From IMG/VR virus record IMGVR_UViG_2695420643_000016, positions 1 to 7,616 of that record: 7,616 nucleotides of DNA; one strand, written 5' to 3'. Below the pieces are notes generated by a model. That model searched no databases. It saw only the letters and a program-made list of their open reading frames with translations, and was not told the origin of the DNA. This document shows positions 4,935-7,616 of the stretch, piece by piece (the first letter of the stretch is position 1; each line of letters starts with the position of its first letter). A program made the position numbers and the translations under genes. This stretch comes from a virus. Its lineage: Duplodnaviria > Heunggongvirae > Uroviricota > Caudoviricetes.

Positions 4935-5930
4935 TCAGGCCAACACCCCAATCGCCAGCGCGCGATCGATAAAACGAAATATCAGCTCCAGTTGGGAGCC
5001 ATACTTCTCTTCAAATGCCACGGTATCCGCATGCAGCTCGTCGTGATGCTTTCTGCACAAAGGCAACACAAAGAGGTCATGCGCTTTTGTACCCATTCCA
5101 CCCTGACCGTGACCTATCAGGTGGTGGGGATCATCAGCAGGCTTTCCACAACATGCACACGGCTGTGTCTTAACCCAGCGCGTGTACTTTTCATTAACCC
5201 AGCGGCGGCGTTTTGGTCGTAACATAAAAGACTCCAGCGACTCCGGATCCACTTTCAGCGCCAGCACCTTTTTCGCTTTATCCTGGATAATGCTGGTGGC
5301 AGGAACCGAAGGCACAAGGTCACTTTCCCGGGTGACCGCCTGCACAACAGGCTTCGGTAATCTCAGTGCCTTACGGGCTGCACTTTCCGGTAAGGCATCC
5401 GCCAGGTCATTACGAATCAGCCACCAGCACAGTTCCGGTATTGTCACAACGTGACTGTCATCAAAACCGAGATCCCGACGCACAACAGACAACACCCAGC
5501 GGGCACAGTTATCCGTTGCCATTGATTCCAGCCGTTCCGTGAACTGATCGCGCAGCTGGTTATCGCAGTGCCAGCACAAACGGATTGCGCCCGGAGCGTG
5601 TCGCATTGTTGTCATGTTCTCGCTGTGCCAGTCGGAATGAGGCCACTGGCAGCCTTTTTCACGAAGTAACCAGCTTTCAAGACATTCCACGCCACCAGCA
5701 CGACGGATCACTGCCTCATTGCGGAATACGGCCCGAACGGCAGGATCATCCGCCAGCGGTTGTGATGCCGCCGGAACGGCACCACTGGCGAAAGATGAAT
5801 AACGTTCCGGCTCAGGCTCCAGCAGGACACGCCCCTGCATAAACAGGGGCATCAACTCTGAACCTGGCCTGAACAATACGATCCCCATACGCGGGGCAAT
5901 TTCAGGGGTCAGTAGTGCTCTCACGGTCAC
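4935..5930 (-). CDS. DUF968-like prophage protein with C-terminal zinc-ribbon/HNH-like motif
   Basis: 331-aa ORF directly upstream of Q, the position YdfU (DUF968) occupies next to the Q gene in the Qin prophage. C-terminal CACCGK...DPHH...GGMG.K...LPLCRKHHDELH motif. The track start is GTG, 1 nt after the stop of the upstream gene. Confidence 0.55.
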   Translation of the reverse strand: MTVRALLTPEIAPRMGIVLFRPGSELMPLFMQGRVLLEPEPERYSSFASGAVPAASQPLADDPAVRAVFRNEAVIRRAGGVECLESWLLREKGCQWPHSDWHSENMTTMRHAPGAIRLCWHCDNQLRDQFTERLESMATDNCARWVLSVVRRDLGFDDSHVVTIPELCWWLIRNDLADALPESAARKALRLPKPVVQAVTRESDLVPSVPATSIIQDKAKKVLALKVDPESLESFMLRPKRRRWVNEKYTRWVKTQPCACCGKPADDPHHLIGHGQGGMGTKAHDLFVLPLCRKHHDELHADTVAFEEKYGSQLELIFRFIDRALAIGVLA

Positions 5931-5931
5931 C

Positions 5932-6741
5932 TCAATGAACGGTATCGAGCAGCTTTAACAGCTCAGGGAATCGGGATTCGAAGAAATGCGGCTGCGTCTC
6001 GCGCGGATTTGCGGGACTGGTGATGTTCTTGCCGAACATGCAGCCTTTCGCTGTCAGCGACCAGAATTTTTTGATGTTGTTAATCGCGGTACGGCTGTAT
6101 CGTTCGCGCTGCTCGACGATCCCCAGCTTCACCATCTGGTGATATGCCTGATTAGCCGTCAGGCGGATACCATACTGTTTCAGCAGTGCACTCAGTGACA
6201 GCGTAGGGCGACTTGAGCCATCGTGTGCATCAGCAGGAGCATCAATGGCATAGCGCGGTGCCAGATTCGGTAAGCCAACAGCCTCCTGGAGTTTCTGACA
6301 GGCCCCAAGCACTGAAGAGTTAGACAGGTTTAACTCCCTGCGCATAAAGTCCAGCAGAATCACTCCAGCCTGCATCTTGTCAGCAGCCTGCCCGGATAAT
6401 TTTTCCGGTGCGCTGGTTACCATATCGAAAGTACGGATCACCTTCAGATGGAATGACGGGCTGATCCACATTGCATAGGCATACACCAGTTCTTTGCAGA
6501 CATACGTCCCCTGGTTATTTCCGCCATTAATGACGCTAACTGGTTGATTTTGTTCCAGAGGCGGAATTCCACCCTCGGTGAAAAGTTGTTCAATCAATTC
6601 ACAGGTTTGCTTATTGGAGAGCCAGTATTTCGGGCGGTTTTTTTGTTCTCCCCCGGCTGCCCTGTGCAGATCGTTCAGGCTGTAACGCCCATAAGCATCA
6701 CGACGAACTTCAATACCATCAATGACCATCAGATTATTCAT
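5932..6741 (-). CDS. KilA-N domain protein with a C-terminal domain of unknown function
   Basis: N-terminal region MNNLMVIDGIEVRRDAYGRYSLNDLHRAAGG...KYWLSNKQT...VCKELVYAYAMWISPSFHLKVI resembles the KilA-N DNA-binding domain. The track start at 6774 has no SD and overlaps rusA; the ATG at 6739..6741 is preceded by AGGAGA and is preferred. Confidence 0.75.
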   Translation of the reverse strand: MNNLMVIDGIEVRRDAYGRYSLNDLHRAAGGEQKNRPKYWLSNKQTCELIEQLFTEGGIPPLEQNQPVSVINGGNNQGTYVCKELVYAYAMWISPSFHLKVIRTFDMVTSAPEKLSGQAADKMQAGVILLDFMRRELNLSNSSVLGACQKLQEAVGLPNLAPRYAIDAPADAHDGSSRPTLSLSALLKQYGIRLTANQAYHQMVKLGIVEQRERYSRTAINNIKKFWSLTAKGCMFGKNITSPANPRETQPHFFESRFPELLKLLDTVH

Positions 6742-6760
6742 ACTTCGTTTCTCCTCTTGA

Positions 6761-7150
6761 TCAGGCGGCTGCACCCGCCGTTTTCTCGTACTTACTGATA
6801 GTGATCTCGACCTTCCCTTCCGGGATAACCGGTCCCCACTCCACCAGCATTCTTTTCACCTGGCTGTCGTCTTCCCACACACCCGCGTGAGTCAGGGCGT
6901 CAAACAGCGCCTTGTTATAGTTGTCCAGATCGCGGATCCGGTTATCCGGAGGAAACAACACGATCTCCACTGAAGCAGGTGCTGACGTTGGTTTCGGCAG
7001 ACGACGTAACTGCTCAACTATTGCTGTGCACGCCGCACTCTGGAATTTTCGCCCCGCCGCGCTTATCAGGCTCTTACCAGCAAACGCCCCTTTGTTGGGG
7101 TGTCGCCAGTACGTGTTCACGCTGGGCGGAAAAGGCAGGATCAGCTTCAT
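6761..7150 (-). CDS. rusA: Holliday junction resolvase RusA
   Basis: 129-aa product with the RusA signature region DLDNYNKALFDALTHAGVWEDDSQV, which resembles E. coli RusA (DLDN..KA.FDALT.AG.W.DD.QV). Typical nin-region position. Its start overlaps the stop of the upstream gene (ATGA). Confidence 0.85.
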   Translation of the reverse strand: MKLILPFPPSVNTYWRHPNKGAFAGKSLISAAGRKFQSAACTAIVEQLRRLPKPTSAPASVEIVLFPPDNRIRDLDNYNKALFDALTHAGVWEDDSQVKRMLVEWGPVIPEGKVEITISKYEKTAGAAA

Positions 7151-7473
7151 GCTTTCAGGCCTCTCTCATGTAACCAGTGGGTTGCACGCAGCCTTGCGTT
7201 TTCCTCACCGGCAAGCAGTGAGCGGATAATCCCGACCGCCTCGCTGTCGTCGTCCTTCACCGCGGTATGAAGCGTTATCCCCCGGGCCACGCCACGCTTT
7301 ATCGTGATGACGCCTTTTTTCTCCAGTGCGCGAAGATGCTCCACCGCTGCATTCACTGAACGGTATCCCAGCATGGTTGCCACCTCCTGATTGGTTGGCG
7401 GGAAGCCACGTTCTTTCTGGTAAGAAATCAGCATATCCAGCACCTGCTGCTGGCATTGAGTTAATGTCGTCAT
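7147..7473 (-). CDS. LexA-family N-terminal DNA-binding domain protein (winged helix), no peptidase domain
   Basis: Product MTTLTQCQQQVLDMLISYQKERGFPPTNQEVATMLGYRSVNAAVEHLRALEKKGVITI...ARGI parallels the LexA N-terminal domain (LT.RQ.EV...I......G.PPT..EIA..LG..S.NAA.EHL.AL..KG.I). At 108 aa it is too short to carry the S24 peptidase domain. Confidence 0.8.
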   Translation of the reverse strand: MTTLTQCQQQVLDMLISYQKERGFPPTNQEVATMLGYRSVNAAVEHLRALEKKGVITIKRGVARGITLHTAVKDDDSEAVGIIRSLLAGEENARLRATHWLHERGLKA

Positions 7474-7616
7474 GCCGCCATCTCCCTGACCAGTTTTTCT
7501 GCCTGCTGGCGAACCTGCGCCAGAAACGCCTCACCACATGCCTCAAGTTCATCGCGCCCGATGTAGCTGATTGCCGGTCCCTTCCAGGTCTTGTCGAAAA
7601 CAGCAATAGCACCAGC
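7470..7616 (-). CDS. 3' end of a gene of unknown function running off the right edge of the window
   Basis: Open frame from the window edge, translated C-terminus ...AGAIAVFDKTWKGPAISYIGRDELEACGEAFLAQVRQQAEKLVREMAA, ending at TGA 7470..7472, which overlaps the next gene's ATG (ATGA). It is in a different frame from the spurious Arg-rich track ORF 7205..7612. Confidence 0.5.
   Translation of the reverse strand, partial: AGAIAVFDKTWKGPAISYIGRDELEACGEAFLAQVRQQAEKLVREMAA

Noticed and set aside
4878-7229. Plus-strand ORFs 4878..5222, 5182..5454, 5585..5842, 5986..6198, 6544..6798, 6921..7229, 6979..7173 and minus-strand-opposed 1647..1925, 1847..2041
   Set aside because: All are antisense to supported minus-strand genes (DUF968, KilA-N, RusA, LexA-domain protein, Rz) and have no independent support.
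7205-7612. 135-aa Arg/Gly-rich ORF on the minus strand
   Set aside because: Low-complexity product in an alternative frame that overlaps the well-supported LexA-domain gene. The real upstream gene uses a different frame, ending at TGA 7470..7472.
1-7616. tRNA genes, CRISPR arrays, integrase or attachment sites
   Set aside because: No tRNA-like T-loop or cloverleaf candidates, no spaced direct-repeat array, and no integrase-like ORF were seen in the window.

Overview
The window reads as a slice of a mosaic lambdoid prophage of an enterobacterium, with nearly all phage genes on the minus strand. From right to left: a nin-like region (partial unknown gene, LexA-DNA-binding-domain protein, RusA resolvase, KilA-N protein, DUF968-like protein), a short QuuD-like Q antiterminator, the lysis cassette (holin, lambda-R-type endolysin, overlapping Rz/Rz1 spanins), an HNH endonuclease, a candidate cos site, a P27-type small terminase, and the first 35 codons of a large terminase that then hit a stop. 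The main finding is a plus-strand, strongly AT-rich two-gene cassette (3104..4516) between Q and the holin: a 313-aa soluble protein with no motif I recognise plus a 4-TM membrane protein. This is the classic Q-S moron site and the pair has RexA/RexB-like architecture, so I propose it as a candidate uncharacterised anti-phage (abortive infection or exclusion) module. GC was hand-counted on sample 60-nt lines only (about 33-37% inside the cassette, about 58% in a flanking phage gene). Family names come from my memory of protein families, not from a search. My base-by-base reading disagreed with the ORF track by one base at 1981..2041, so fine coordinates carry about 1-2 nt of uncertainty; main CDS coordinates follow the track.
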